Of a DNA stretch of 46,022 nucleotides, positions 9,707 through 18,756 are shown in pieces; positions within the stretch are counted from its first letter, which is position 1; every line of letters begins with the position of its first letter. Origin of the DNA: Candidatus Delongbacteria bacterium (lineage in GTDB: Bacteria > UBA4055); NCBI GenBank assembly GCA_016937995.1, contig JAFGVM010000088.1, forward strand, positions 1 through 46,022, written 5' to 3'. Under the pieces are notes generated by a model. The model had not been told where the DNA came from and did not search any database. It saw only the letters and a list, made by a program, of their open reading frames with translations. Position numbers and translations under genes: made by a program.

Positions 9707-10219
9707 ATGCTTAAGAAAAATATTGAAAAAATGATAGTGGACCAGGTAAATTTTGAGATTTACTCAGCATATATATATCTTGCTATGGCTGCATATTGTG
9801 ATGATAATGACTATCCCGGTTTCGCAAACTGGTTAAAAATACAATGGGAAGAAGAAATATTTCACGCTATGAAGATGTATAGTTATGTTGTTGAACGTGG
9901 TGGAAAAATAGTTCTTAATAAGATAGATGCTCCTCCTAAATCATGGAAATCATTAATAGCTGTTTTTGAACATGCTCTTGAGCACGAACAGTTAGTTACA
10001 GGCAGAATAAATAAGATCATGACCGCAGCGATAAAAGAAGACGATCATGCTACCCGTTCCTTTTTAAACTGGTTCGTTGATGAACAGGTGGAAGAAGAGG
10101 CAAATGTAGATGGTATAATCAAAAGACTTAAAATGCTTAATGGTTCAGGTCATGGATTGTTCATGTTTGATAAAGAACTTTCTACCAGAACATTTGTACC
10201 TCCGGTAAAGGGTGCTTAA
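9707..10219 (+). CDS. ftn: Non-heme ferritin
   Basis: E.YSAYIY, EE.FHAMK, FLNWFVDEQVEEE; start after GAGGA. Confidence 0.93.
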   Translation: MLKKNIEKMIVDQVNFEIYSAYIYLAMAAYCDDNDYPGFANWLKIQWEEEIFHAMKMYSYVVERGGKIVLNKIDAPPKSWKSLIAVFEHALEHEQLVTGRINKIMTAAIKEDDHATRSFLNWFVDEQVEEEANVDGIIKRLKMLNGSGHGLFMFDKELSTRTFVPPVKGA

Positions 10220-10689
10220 TGGAACTGGTTTATGGAAATAAGGCACCTGAGTTCTCACTTCCTGATAAAGACGGAAATATAGTAGAACTAAAAGAACTGA
10301 AGGGTAAATGGTTGATATTATATTTTTATCCAAAAGATAATACTTCAGGTTGAACAACAGAGGCAGTTGAGTTTTCAACTATGTTAAATAAATTTCATGA
10401 TGAGAATGCTGAAGTGATAGGAATAAGTAAAGATTCACAAAAAAGCCACATGAGTTTTTATGAAAAGCATAATTTAAAGATAATAATCTTAAGTGATCCT
10501 GAAAAAATCATACATAAGTTATATGGTTCTTGGGGACTAAAAAAATTGTACGGAAAGGAGTCAATGGGAACTATTCGTTCCACATTTATGATCGACCCTG
10601 ATGGCAAATTAGTTCATAGCTGGAAGAATGTCCGAATTAAGGGTCATGTTGAAGAAGTATATAAGAAATTGATAGAATTAAAGAAATAA
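10219..10689 (+). CDS. bcp: BCP/PrxQ peroxiredoxin, probable selenoprotein (Sec45)
   Basis: ATG overlaps the ferritin TAA; MELVYGNKAPEFSLPD...YFYPKDNTSG-TGA(10351-10353)-TTEA continues in frame into the 10381 ORF. Confidence 0.88.
10356..10385 (+). promoter_or_regulatory. Candidate bacterial SECIS element
   Basis: Stem AGTTGA (10365-10370), loop GTTT, TCAACT (10375-10380), plus lower AACA/TGTT pairing; loop G follows the UGA after a 17-nt spacer. Confidence 0.7.
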
Positions 10690-10700
10690 AGGAGTGAATC

Positions 10701-11081
10701 ATGGCTGAATTTCAAAAAATTTATAAGTGTGCAATGTGTGGAAATATTGTTGAAGTTGTACACCAGGGAGCTGGAGAGTTAGTGTGCTGCGGTCAACCAA
10801 TGAACAAAATGGAAGCCAATGCAGTTGATGCTGCTAATGAAAAACACGTACCGATAATCGAAAAGACCGAAAACGGGATTCTCGTAAAAGTGGGTGAAGT
10901 TGACCATCCAATGGCAGATGAACATTATATTGAATGGATAGAAGTGATCAATGGTTCGTACTCACAAAAAAAGTTTTTAAAACCAGGAGAAAAACCTCAG
11001 GCTGAATTTTATGTCCCTTTCAATGATAATCTGGTAGCAAGATCGTATTGTAATCTTCATGGATTATGGAAAAGTAAATAG
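10701..11081 (+). CDS. dfx: Desulfoferrodoxin / superoxide reductase
   Basis: CAMCGN..LVCCG, EKHVP, HPM..EHYIEW, YCNLHG. Confidence 0.95.
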   Translation: MAEFQKIYKCAMCGNIVEVVHQGAGELVCCGQPMNKMEANAVDAANEKHVPIIEKTENGILVKVGEVDHPMADEHYIEWIEVINGSYSQKKFLKPGEKPQAEFYVPFNDNLVARSYCNLHGLWKSK

Positions 11082-11092
11082 AGGAGCATAAA

Positions 11093-11266
11093 ATGTCTGC
11101 AAAGAAAGTATTGGAAGCGTTTAAAAATGCAGGAAAACCAATGAAACCCGGCGATATAGCTCAGGTTCTGGGCATGGACAGCAAAGAAGTTTCTAAGTAT
11201 ATAAAAGAGTTAAAAGAAAATGGTGAGTTAATATCTCCTAAGAGATGCTTTTACTCTCCAAAGTAA
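11093..11266 (+). CDS. Small winged-HTH protein (57 aa; absent from ORF track)
   Basis: MSAKKVLEAFKNAGKPMKPGDIAQVLGMDSKEVSKYIKELKENGELISPKRCFYSPK; GAGGAG RBS; fills the operon gap. Confidence 0.85.
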   Translation: MSAKKVLEAFKNAGKPMKPGDIAQVLGMDSKEVSKYIKELKENGELISPKRCFYSPK

Positions 11267-11284
11267 AAAAAAGGAGTTTTAATT

Positions 11285-11857
11285 ATGAGTATCAAAGGTA
11301 CTGAGACTGAAAAAAATTTATTGAAGGCATTTGCCGGTGAATCACAAGCCAGAATGAGATATGACTATTTCGCTAAACAGGCAAAGAAAGAAGGTCTTGA
11401 ACAAATTTCAGCTATATTTGCTGAAACATCATTGAATGAAAAAGAACACGCAAAAAGATTTTTTAAATTTCTTGAAGGTGGCGGAGTTGAGATCACTGCA
11501 ATGTATCCTGCAGGAAAGATCGGTACAACTTTGGAAAACCTTAAAGCATCTGCTGATGGTGAGAATGAAGAATGGACTGAGCTATATCCTGAATTTGCAA
11601 AAGTAGCTGAAGCAGAAGGGTTTAAAGATGTTGCTGTATGCTTTAGAAAAATTGCTGAAGTCGAAAAAGCTCACGAGAACAGATACAGAAAACTTTACAA
11701 GAACATAGAAGATGGCAAAGTTTTTGAAAAAGATGGAACTTGTACATGGAAATGTTTAAATTGCGGTTATCTTCATGAAGGTAAAAAAGCTCCTGAATTG
11801 TGTCCGGCATGTTTACATCCTCAAGCTTACTTTGAACTAAAAGACAATAATTACTAA
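11285..11857 (+). CDS. rbr: Rubrerythrin
   Basis: [19 protein letters not shown]-terminal CLNCG..CPAC. Confidence 0.95.
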   Translation: MSIKGTETEKNLLKAFAGESQARMRYDYFAKQAKKEGLEQISAIFAETSLNEKEHAKRFFKFLEGGGVEITAMYPAGKIGTTLENLKASADGENEEWTELYPEFAKVAEAEGFKDVAVCFRKIAEVEKAHENRYRKLYKNIEDGKVFEKDGTCTWKCLNCGYLHEGKKAPELCPACLHPQAYFELKDNNY

Positions 11858-11884
11858 TAAATTTTTAAATGATCAGAGGACAAA

Positions 11885-12337
11885 ATGAAAAAAGAAAAAT
11901 TCAATGAAATTATTGATTTCGCTGTTGATGCAGAAAAAGAAGCTGTAGCTTTTTACAGCGATCTTCAAACCAGAACAAAATTCAGTGCTATCAAAGAAAT
12001 GCTAAAAGAATTCGAGAATTTTGAGAGAGGACATATAGTTCAACTTGAAAATATCAGGAAAGAAGGCTTGGATAATCTTGTTGAAAAAGAAATTCATGAC
12101 CTTAATTTAAGCGATTACCTGGTCGAAGGAGAACCTTCAGATGATATGGACTTTGAAGACATCATTCTAATAGCCATGAAGAGAGAGGAAGCTGCAAAAA
12201 ATCTTTATCAGTCTTTCGCTGCTAAAATGGCAGGAACGGAAATTGAAAAACTTCTTTTGAGGCTTGCTGCAGACGAATCAGAACATAAGCTTAAGTTCGA
12301 AAAAATATACGATGATAAAGTTCTCAGAGATAACTAA
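11885..12337 (+). CDS. Ferritin-like/rubrerythrin-family protein without rubredoxin domain
   Basis: Duplicated A..E..A..Y...ExxH motifs. Confidence 0.8.
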   Translation: MKKEKFNEIIDFAVDAEKEAVAFYSDLQTRTKFSAIKEMLKEFENFERGHIVQLENIRKEGLDNLVEKEIHDLNLSDYLVEGEPSDDMDFEDIILIAMKREEAAKNLYQSFAAKMAGTEIEKLLLRLAADESEHKLKFEKIYDDKVLRDN

Positions 12338-12360
12338 ATATTTGATTTATGGAGTGATGT

Positions 12361-13335
12361 ATGGCAGATTTATCTTTAGAAGTGATGGGATTAAAACTTA
12401 AAAATCCTATTATAGTTGGATCCAGCAGCTTAACCAGTACTGTTGAGAGTATAAAAAAATTAGAGATGTCCGGTGCAGGCGCGGTAGTATTAAAATCTCT
12501 TTTCGAAGAACAGATCATGAATCAGGTATATGCTGATACTGTAAATTACACACATGCTGAAACTCTTGACTATGTTAAATATTTCGAAGAGAAGCACATT
12601 GTTGAGAAATATTTAAAGTTAATAAAAGACTCTAAAAATGAGATCGGGATACCGATAATAGCTAGTATTAACTGCAACAGTCACGGTAAATGGGTTGAGT
12701 TCGCTGAAGAAATACAGAATTCAGGAGCTGATGCTATAGAACTGAATTTATATAATCTTCCATCGGATCCAAAAATAAATCAACATAATTACATGGAAAC
12801 AGCTTCAAAGATCATCAATGATATCACAAAGCATATAAGTATACCATTTTCAATGAAGTTAAGCCCATATTCTGACAATTTGGCTTATGACCTTTTAAGA
12901 ATTTCACGAACTAAGATCTCAGGACTAGTACTTTTTAACAGATCCTTGAATCCGGATATTGATATTAAATCGGAATCTCTTATAAACGGACATCCATATT
13001 CTTCTCCGGGAGAGATCGTAAATACACTTAGATGGACAGCAATTTGTTCAGATTTTCTTGAAACTGATCTTATCGCAGCAACTGGTATTCATGACGGTGA
13101 AGGTATAATAAAACAAATCCTTGCCGGAGCTAAAGCAGTGCAGATGGTATCTTCATTGTACATTAATTCTCTATCCGCAATAAAAGAATCTTTGACAAAT
13201 CTGGAAAACTGGATGAATGAACACAAATATAATAAATTGTCAGATTTTAGAGGAAAATTAAAGAGATCAAATGTAAAAGATCCAAAATTCTATGATCGTG
13301 TTCAATTTATTCAAAGCATTCAAAATAATAAATAG
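12361..13335 (+). CDS. Dihydroorotate dehydrogenase-like FMN protein
   Basis: LKNPII, GAGAVVLKSLFEEQI, MKLSPY, LFNR, TGIHDG..AGA.AVQ. Confidence 0.85.
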   Translation: MADLSLEVMGLKLKNPIIVGSSSLTSTVESIKKLEMSGAGAVVLKSLFEEQIMNQVYADTVNYTHAETLDYVKYFEEKHIVEKYLKLIKDSKNEIGIPIIASINCNSHGKWVEFAEEIQNSGADAIELNLYNLPSDPKINQHNYMETASKIINDITKHISIPFSMKLSPYSDNLAYDLLRISRTKISGLVLFNRSLNPDIDIKSESLINGHPYSSPGEIVNTLRWTAICSDFLETDLIAATGIHDGEGIIKQILAGAKAVQMVSSLYINSLSAIKESLTNLENWMNEHKYNKLSDFRGKLKRSNVKDPKFYDRVQFIQSIQNNK

Positions 13336-13343
13336 AGGATTCT

Positions 13344-13856
13344 ATGGACCTTACAACTTTATTCAAAGTTACATATGGAATGTATATCGTAAGTTCAAAA
13401 AAAGGTGAAAAGATCAATGCTCAACTGTCTAACACGGTTGTACAGATATCACCGGATCCTGCTACAATGCTTATAAGTGTATCCAAAAATAATTTAACAC
13501 ATGAGTTTATAGAGGAAAGCGGTATCTTTACGATTTCTATAGTATCTAACAAATGTGAAATGAAGGATATTGGACACTTTGGATTCAGAACAGGAAGAGA
13601 CTTTGATAAATTCAAAAATAGTGAATATGTTCTTGGTAAGAACGGTGCTCCTTATATTAGAGAGAAGATGATCGGTTATGTTGAATGTGAGGTAATAAGA
13701 ACTATTGACAGTGATTCTCATACTATTTTTATCGGAATTGTTACCGATGCAGCAACACTCAATACTGATCTTGAACCCATGACATACGATTTCTATCGTA
13801 AAGAACTCCATGGCAAGTTATCGAAGAATGCGACGCATTATCAGGAAGAAAAATAA
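13344..13856 (+). CDS. Flavin reductase-like protein
   Basis: TYGMYIV, FGFRTGR..DKF, HTIFIG, PMTY. Confidence 0.85.
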   Translation: MDLTTLFKVTYGMYIVSSKKGEKINAQLSNTVVQISPDPATMLISVSKNNLTHEFIEESGIFTISIVSNKCEMKDIGHFGFRTGRDFDKFKNSEYVLGKNGAPYIREKMIGYVECEVIRTIDSDSHTIFIGIVTDAATLNTDLEPMTYDFYRKELHGKLSKNATHYQEEK

Positions 13857-13858
13857 GC

Positions 13859-13886
13859 AAAAAGGCGGTCATTTGACCGCCTTTTT
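13859..13886. terminator. Bidirectional intrinsic terminator
   Basis: AAAAAGGCGGTCA-TT-TGACCGCCTTTTT between convergent operons. Confidence 0.9.
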
Positions 13887-13905
13887 ACTATAGCTTATAT
13901 TTAAT

Positions 13906-14373
13906 TTATTCATTTGGTTCGATCTCTAATATCTCGATCAGTTCTTTAGGAGAGATCCTGTACGGAGATCCTTTTCCCTGGTAAAAACCGTGTTCTTCGA
14001 TCATATGTATATGAAAATCTGTGAAGTGAATTTCTTGCTTGATCTTTGTATTAATAACTCCAATATTGTTTTTTGAGATCAAACCTGGTTCACCAAAGGG
14101 ACAGGCAAGTTTTCCTCTAACACTCTCAACAATAACCTCAAAGTTATCACCAACACATACAGGTAAGCCCTCACCCTTTATACCTTCTTCTTTAAAGAAT
14201 TTCATTTTCTCTGCAATGATATCATGTGACAGACCTGATCTGCTAACTTCAGCATCATCCTCTATCAAAATGTCTATTAAATGTCTTTTGTCTTTACCTA
14301 GAAATCCCTCACCCGTAATAACTCCGGGCTTCATAGCTTCTTCTGCTTTTTTAAGTTGTGGTGACTGTTTCAT
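13906..14373 (-). CDS. Hypothetical protein at the end of the nqr-like operon
   Basis: GGAGG RBS, 8 nt after the nqrF stop; ACPF and H..IEEHGFYQG motifs. Confidence 0.8.
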   Translation of the reverse strand: MKQSPQLKKAEEAMKPGVITGEGFLGKDKRHLIDILIEDDAEVSRSGLSHDIIAEKMKFFKEEGIKGEGLPVCVGDNFEVIVESVRGKLACPFGEPGLISKNNIGVINTKIKQEIHFTDFHIHMIEEHGFYQGKGSPYRISPKELIEILEIEPNE

Positions 14374-14381
14374 AAAACCTC

Positions 14382-15494
14382 CTATCCAAAGCTATCATAA
14401 AATATTTTATTTTCCGGAATACCTAATTCCATCAATTTTTGCTTATACGAAATTATTACTCGTTCGCCTGCACAAAGATATGCTTCAGTATTCTCAGGTT
14501 TTTTTAAATATTTGGGTAATATTTCTGAAAGTCTACCGGTTTCTCCATTCCAATCTTTACTTTCTTCCGGTCTTGATATAATTGGAACGAACTTAAAGTC
14601 AGGTAATTTCTTCTCAAGTGATTTTAGTTCATCGACCAGGAAAAGATCATCCGTATTTTTAGCCCCAAAAAGGAAGGTTGCCTTCCTGTTTATTCCCCTT
14701 TCAAGCATATCCATCAAAATAGATTTTATAGGAGCCATACCTGATCCTACTGCCATGAATATCAGTTCAGAATCAGTATCAGTCAGATAAAAGTCTCCAT
14801 AAGGGCCATTCATTTTAATTATTTCTCCTTCCTGCATATGCTTGTGTACATAGGTTGTACATATTCCGTTCGAAACATACTTTATCTGGAGCTGGAATCT
14901 TTTATTTTCACTTGGAACAGATGAAATTGAATAGGCACGATAAACTGTTTCCTCACAGAGTTCGTATTCAGGTACTTCAAGCTGAACGAACTGACCTGCT
15001 TTAAATTCCATCTTGTCGTCACCCTGAAAAACAAATGTAATACATTTAATATCATGTGTCAGATCAACTATTTTATCAACTTTTACCTCATATTCTTTTA
15101 TTTCTAAAAGTTCATCCGGGACAGTTACTTTAAGATCATTTTTCATTTTCAACTGACAACATAGACGGATATTATCTTTCTGCTCTTCTTTTGTTATCCA
15201 GGAAAGCTCTGTGGGAAGATAATCTCCACCGCCTTCATCGATTTTCAGCTTACATAAACCGCATGACCCTCTTCCTCCACAGGCTGAAGGTATAAAGATC
15301 CCCTGCTCTTTCAAGGTGGTTAATACTGTATTTCCACCTTCAACTTCAAACTCTTTATCATTATTTACAATCAGTTTTTTTTTACCGTAATTTCCAATTG
15401 TTGCATCGGCGATCACCATCAGAATGGCGAGAACAGTGGAAATTCCGCAAACTACCAGAACACTATAAACAAGCTCTATCCATTGAAGATACAT
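14382..15494 (-). CDS. nqrF: NqrF-like subunit (TM anchor, 2Fe-2S, FAD/NAD domains)
   Basis: CGGRGSCGLC...C, RAYS, GPYG, GSGMAP. Confidence 0.85.
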   Translation of the reverse strand: MYLQWIELVYSVLVVCGISTVLAILMVIADATIGNYGKKKLIVNNDKEFEVEGGNTVLTTLKEQGIFIPSACGGRGSCGLCKLKIDEGGGDYLPTELSWITKEEQKDNIRLCCQLKMKNDLKVTVPDELLEIKEYEVKVDKIVDLTHDIKCITFVFQGDDKMEFKAGQFVQLEVPEYELCEETVYRAYSISSVPSENKRFQLQIKYVSNGICTTYVHKHMQEGEIIKMNGPYGDFYLTDTDSELIFMAVGSGMAPIKSILMDMLERGINRKATFLFGAKNTDDLFLVDELKSLEKKLPDFKFVPIISRPEESKDWNGETGRLSEILPKYLKKPENTEAYLCAGERVIISYKQKLMELGIPENKIFYDSFG

Positions 15495-15507
15495 TAAATA
15501 CTCCTAC

Positions 15508-15542
15508 CCACTTACCACTTTAAACTTATCACTTACCACTAA
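15508..15542. repeat. Degenerate heptamer tandem repeat (CACTTAY family)
   Basis: ccactta ccacttt aaactta tcactta ccactaa between nqrE and nqrF. Confidence 0.6.
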
Positions 15543-16132
15543 CTAAGTCCCATCATCCCAGTGAAACCCATAAATGCCATAGCCATAATACCAGCAATGA
15601 TCAAAGTTATACCCGCCCCTTCTAGACCTTTGGGTATCCTTGCATTCGCAAGTTTTTCTCTTATTCCTGCCATCGCAATAATTGCTATCATCCATCCTAC
15701 ACCGGAACCAAGGCCGAATGAAACTGATTGAGAAAAAGTATAATTTCTGATTATCATAAAAAGACTCACACCAAGTATAGCACAATTCACAGTTATCAGA
15801 GGAAGAAATATTCCTAAAGCTGTATAAAGGGTTTCGCTTACTCTTTCTATAACCATTTCAACAATCTGTACAAAGGCGGCAATTACAATGATAAAAACTA
15901 TGTACTTGAGATAATCCAGATCAAAAGGCTTGAGTAAAAAATTGTAGATCAGCCAGTTTAAAGCACTTGTGGCCGTCATAACAAAGATCACCGCAAAACC
16001 CAGACCGACCGCAGTTTTGACCTGCCTTGAAACCGCAAGAAATGAGCAGGTTCCAAGATACAGTGTGAGAAGTATATTGCTGGTAAAAATAGCGGCAAAA
16101 AATATCCCGAAAACACCTATTCCTTCACTCAT
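15539..16132 (-). CDS. nqrE: NqrE/RnfA-family subunit
   Basis: LGTCSFLAVS, IFLPLITVNCAILG. Confidence 0.88.
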   Translation of the reverse strand: MSEGIGVFGIFFAAIFTSNILLTLYLGTCSFLAVSRQVKTAVGLGFAVIFVMTATSALNWLIYNFLLKPFDLDYLKYIVFIIVIAAFVQIVEMVIERVSETLYTALGIFLPLITVNCAILGVSLFMIIRNYTFSQSVSFGLGSGVGWMIAIIAMAGIREKLANARIPKGLEGAGITLIIAGIMAMAFMGFTGMMGLS

Positions 16133-16740
16133 TTTACCTCCTCAGGATCTTTGATAATCACACCTTTCACTATCCAGATAAAGACAGCAAGCATAAAGAA
16201 AGCACCCGGAGCCATAACCATGATAGACCATTTAACCCACCAGGAACCTAAAACAGTAAATCCCCAAACCGTACCGGAACCCATCAGCTCTCTAAAGAAA
16301 GCTATAATGAGGAGTACATATGTATATCCTATTCCGGAACTCATTCCATCCACAAATGAAATGAACGGTTTGTTGTTTAAAGCAAACGCTTCTGCTCTGC
16401 CCATTATAATACAATTAGTTATGATCAGCCCGACATATGGACCAAGTTGTCTTGATACATCCGGAAGATAGGCTTTTAAAACAATGTCAACAAGAATAAC
16501 ATATGAAGCTATTATCATTGTTGTTACCATCATTCTGATCCTTGTAGGGATCTGTTTTCTTAAAATAGAAACTGTCACATTTGAAAGAGCAGTAACAAAA
16601 ACAAGCCCGATGCTCATCACCACTGTATTTTTTAAAACATTTGTAACAGCAAGTGTAGAACAAATGCCCAGGATCTGAACAAATACAGGATTATCTCTCC
16701 CCAGATTTGCTAATGTGATCTTATTTATTTTATTATTCAT
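16129..16740 (-). CDS. nqrD: NqrD/RnfE-family subunit
   Basis: LGICSTLAVT, LIITNCIIMGRAEAF. Confidence 0.88.
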   Translation of the reverse strand: MNNKINKITLANLGRDNPVFVQILGICSTLAVTNVLKNTVVMSIGLVFVTALSNVTVSILRKQIPTRIRMMVTTMIIASYVILVDIVLKAYLPDVSRQLGPYVGLIITNCIIMGRAEAFALNNKPFISFVDGMSSGIGYTYVLLIIAFFRELMGSGTVWGFTVLGSWWVKWSIMVMAPGAFFMLAVFIWIVKGVIIKDPEEVK

Positions 16741-17341
16741 TATTCACTCTCTTCCATTCTGCATTGTTAATTGCTGTAACTTTATTAACTATATCTTTTA
16801 TTGCTTTTGTGGTCACAGTAGCACCGGTAATAGCATCGAACTGACTCTCAGTATCGTTCTCACCTTCAGGTACATATGTAAACGGACCTTTTTTTCCCCT
16901 GAACTGTTCCCTGAACCAGTCTTCAGCAATTCTTGCTCCCAGACCCGGTGTTTCACTCTGTTTTATGAAATCAATGCCTGTCATTTTACCGGTTTTAGAA
17001 TCAAAACCGACATGAGCTCTGATGACTCCCCACAGACCTGCTCCGTCAATCGTGTATATAACAATTGAACTGTTTTTAAATCTGTATTCAGGAATTGAAT
17101 TTATTCCCGCAGTTTCAGTAACATTTTCACTGAAAAATATATCAAGATCTTCATCACTATTTGGAATTTGCATATCAGCAGTGTATAAGACGGATCTTTT
17201 CAGAAACAGTTTCTCATTTCTTGTAACTCTGGATTTTGTATACAAATGAACAAATGAAAGCAAAACTACAAAAACAAAGGTGATCGAGAACATGAAAACA
17301 ACCATTTTGATCCTTGCAGCTGTTTTATTTTTCTTTGCCAT
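16733..17341 (-). CDS. nqrC: NqrC/RnfG-family FMN-binding subunit
   Basis: GAGLWG, ETPGLG, DAITGAT flavinylation motif. Confidence 0.85.
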   Translation of the reverse strand: MAKKNKTAARIKMVVFMFSITFVFVVLLSFVHLYTKSRVTRNEKLFLKRSVLYTADMQIPNSDEDLDIFFSENVTETAGINSIPEYRFKNSSIVIYTIDGAGLWGVIRAHVGFDSKTGKMTGIDFIKQSETPGLGARIAEDWFREQFRGKKGPFTYVPEGENDTESQFDAITGATVTTKAIKDIVNKVTAINNAEWKRVNNE

Positions 17342-17349
17342 AAAATCTC

Positions 17350-18309
17350 CTATGTGGCCTTCATTTGTTTAGCTTTCTTTCTTTGTTTCCACTCTTTTAC
17401 CCCCGTATCCATAAGTGGTGCGAACATGTTTGCCAGCAGGATCGCAAACATCATACCTTCCGGCCAGACAGAAAATGTTCTTATAACCGAGGTCATGACG
17501 CCAATAAATATACCGTATATCATTTTTGCAGTTTCTTCTTTTGGTGCTGAAACAGGATCAGTAGCCATAAAAAAGAGTCCTAAAATAAATCCGCCCGAAA
17601 GAATAGAGGTCAAAAGATCAATATTACCAGTTATTCCAAAGCTCCCGAGAATACCCTGAATTACCAGCATTCCGATCAGTGTCCAGATGACTATAGTTTT
17701 ACTCGCGATCTTTTGTTTCAATAGATAAAGTCCGCCGACAGCAAGTAAAATTGCTGAGGTCTCTCCGATGGAACCGGGAATATTTCCCAAAAAAGCGTTT
17801 AAGTAAAAAACCTTGTCAATATTCTCCCCTGTTGAAAGAACAGTAGCAGAAGTAATGGCATCGGGAGTGTATTTTACAAGTCCTCCCAACCAACCTATTG
17901 CAGGTTTTGCCCAGTTACCTGTCATATAAGAAGCAAATGTAACATATATGAAAGCTCTTCCCACCAGTGCGGGATTAAATATATTTTTTCCAAAACCGCC
18001 AAAGACCATTTTTCCGAAAATAACAGAAAAAACGATCCCGACCACAGCCATCCAGTATGGAAGAGTTGGCGGAATTATCATGACAAACAGAAAGTTTGTA
18101 ACAAATACAGAAGAGGATACAGGTTCGCTATAGTGTCTGGCAAAAAAATACTCCGCTAAAAAACCAAAAATGTTAACTACAATAAACATTATAAAAGCTC
18201 TCCAGCCGAAAAAATAAACAGACGCAATTAAAGCCGGAGTTAATGCCCACATTACTTTTTTCATTGGAAGTAGCCATCTTACAACTGGATTTTTCTTTTT
18301 ATCAGTCAT
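17350..18309 (-). CDS. nqrB: NqrB/RnfD-family subunit
   Basis: FGGFGKNIFNPAL, DAITSAT, GSIGETS, FMATDPVSAP; start 18309 or 18318. Confidence 0.85.
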   Translation of the reverse strand: MTDKKKNPVVRWLLPMKKVMWALTPALIASVYFFGWRAFIMFIVVNIFGFLAEYFFARHYSEPVSSSVFVTNFLFVMIIPPTLPYWMAVVGIVFSVIFGKMVFGGFGKNIFNPALVGRAFIYVTFASYMTGNWAKPAIGWLGGLVKYTPDAITSATVLSTGENIDKVFYLNAFLGNIPGSIGETSAILLAVGGLYLLKQKIASKTIVIWTLIGMLVIQGILGSFGITGNIDLLTSILSGGFILGLFFMATDPVSAPKEETAKMIYGIFIGVMTSVIRTFSVWPEGMMFAILLANMFAPLMDTGVKEWKQRKKAKQMKAT

Positions 18310-18321
18310 TTTTCTCACTCA

Positions 18322-18561
18322 TTAAGTAGTTTCAATAACATTTTGATCTATCAGGCAGGCTTCATGTCCAAGTTTATCAACCATTTTGATTATTTCATTT
18401 AAAATTTTTCCGTCTCCTTCATATTGAACAGTGATCTCTTTTTTTGCAATGTCAACAAAAACATCAGAAACACCGGGCAATTTCCTTCCCGCGTGCTCAA
18501 TTGCATAGGTACAGGCACCGCAATATGAACCTTTAATAGATAGTCTCGCTTTTTTTTTCAT
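18322..18561 (-). CDS. Heavy-metal-associated (HMA/CopZ-like) domain protein
   Basis: IKGSYCGAC...LPGV..V.V....I.V.Y...LGH. Confidence 0.8.
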   Translation of the reverse strand: MKKKARLSIKGSYCGACTYAIEHAGRKLPGVSDVFVDIAKKEITVQYEGDGKILNEIIKMVDKLGHEACLIDQNVIETT

Positions 18562-18756
18562 ATGCCCAGATGATGTTTGTTAAGATCACCTACAATATTA
18601 CATAAATTGAAGATCAGTTTCAACTTTAATAATTTATATTTTTAGAATCAAACAATTTACATCGACAATTGACAAGTATGAAATATCAAGACCATAGAAT
18701 CGGATATCTTCACAAAAAAGTCTATTAAAGCTGATTATTTTATTTATATTACCTGA

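Noticed and set aside
10381-10689. 102-aa ORF as a complete gene
   Set aside because: It is the C-terminal part of the peroxiredoxin that starts at 10219 and reads through TGA
14039-14581. 180-aa plus-strand ORF and other short antisense ORFs in the track
   Set aside because: They overlap recognised genes on the opposite strand and lack RBS or motifs
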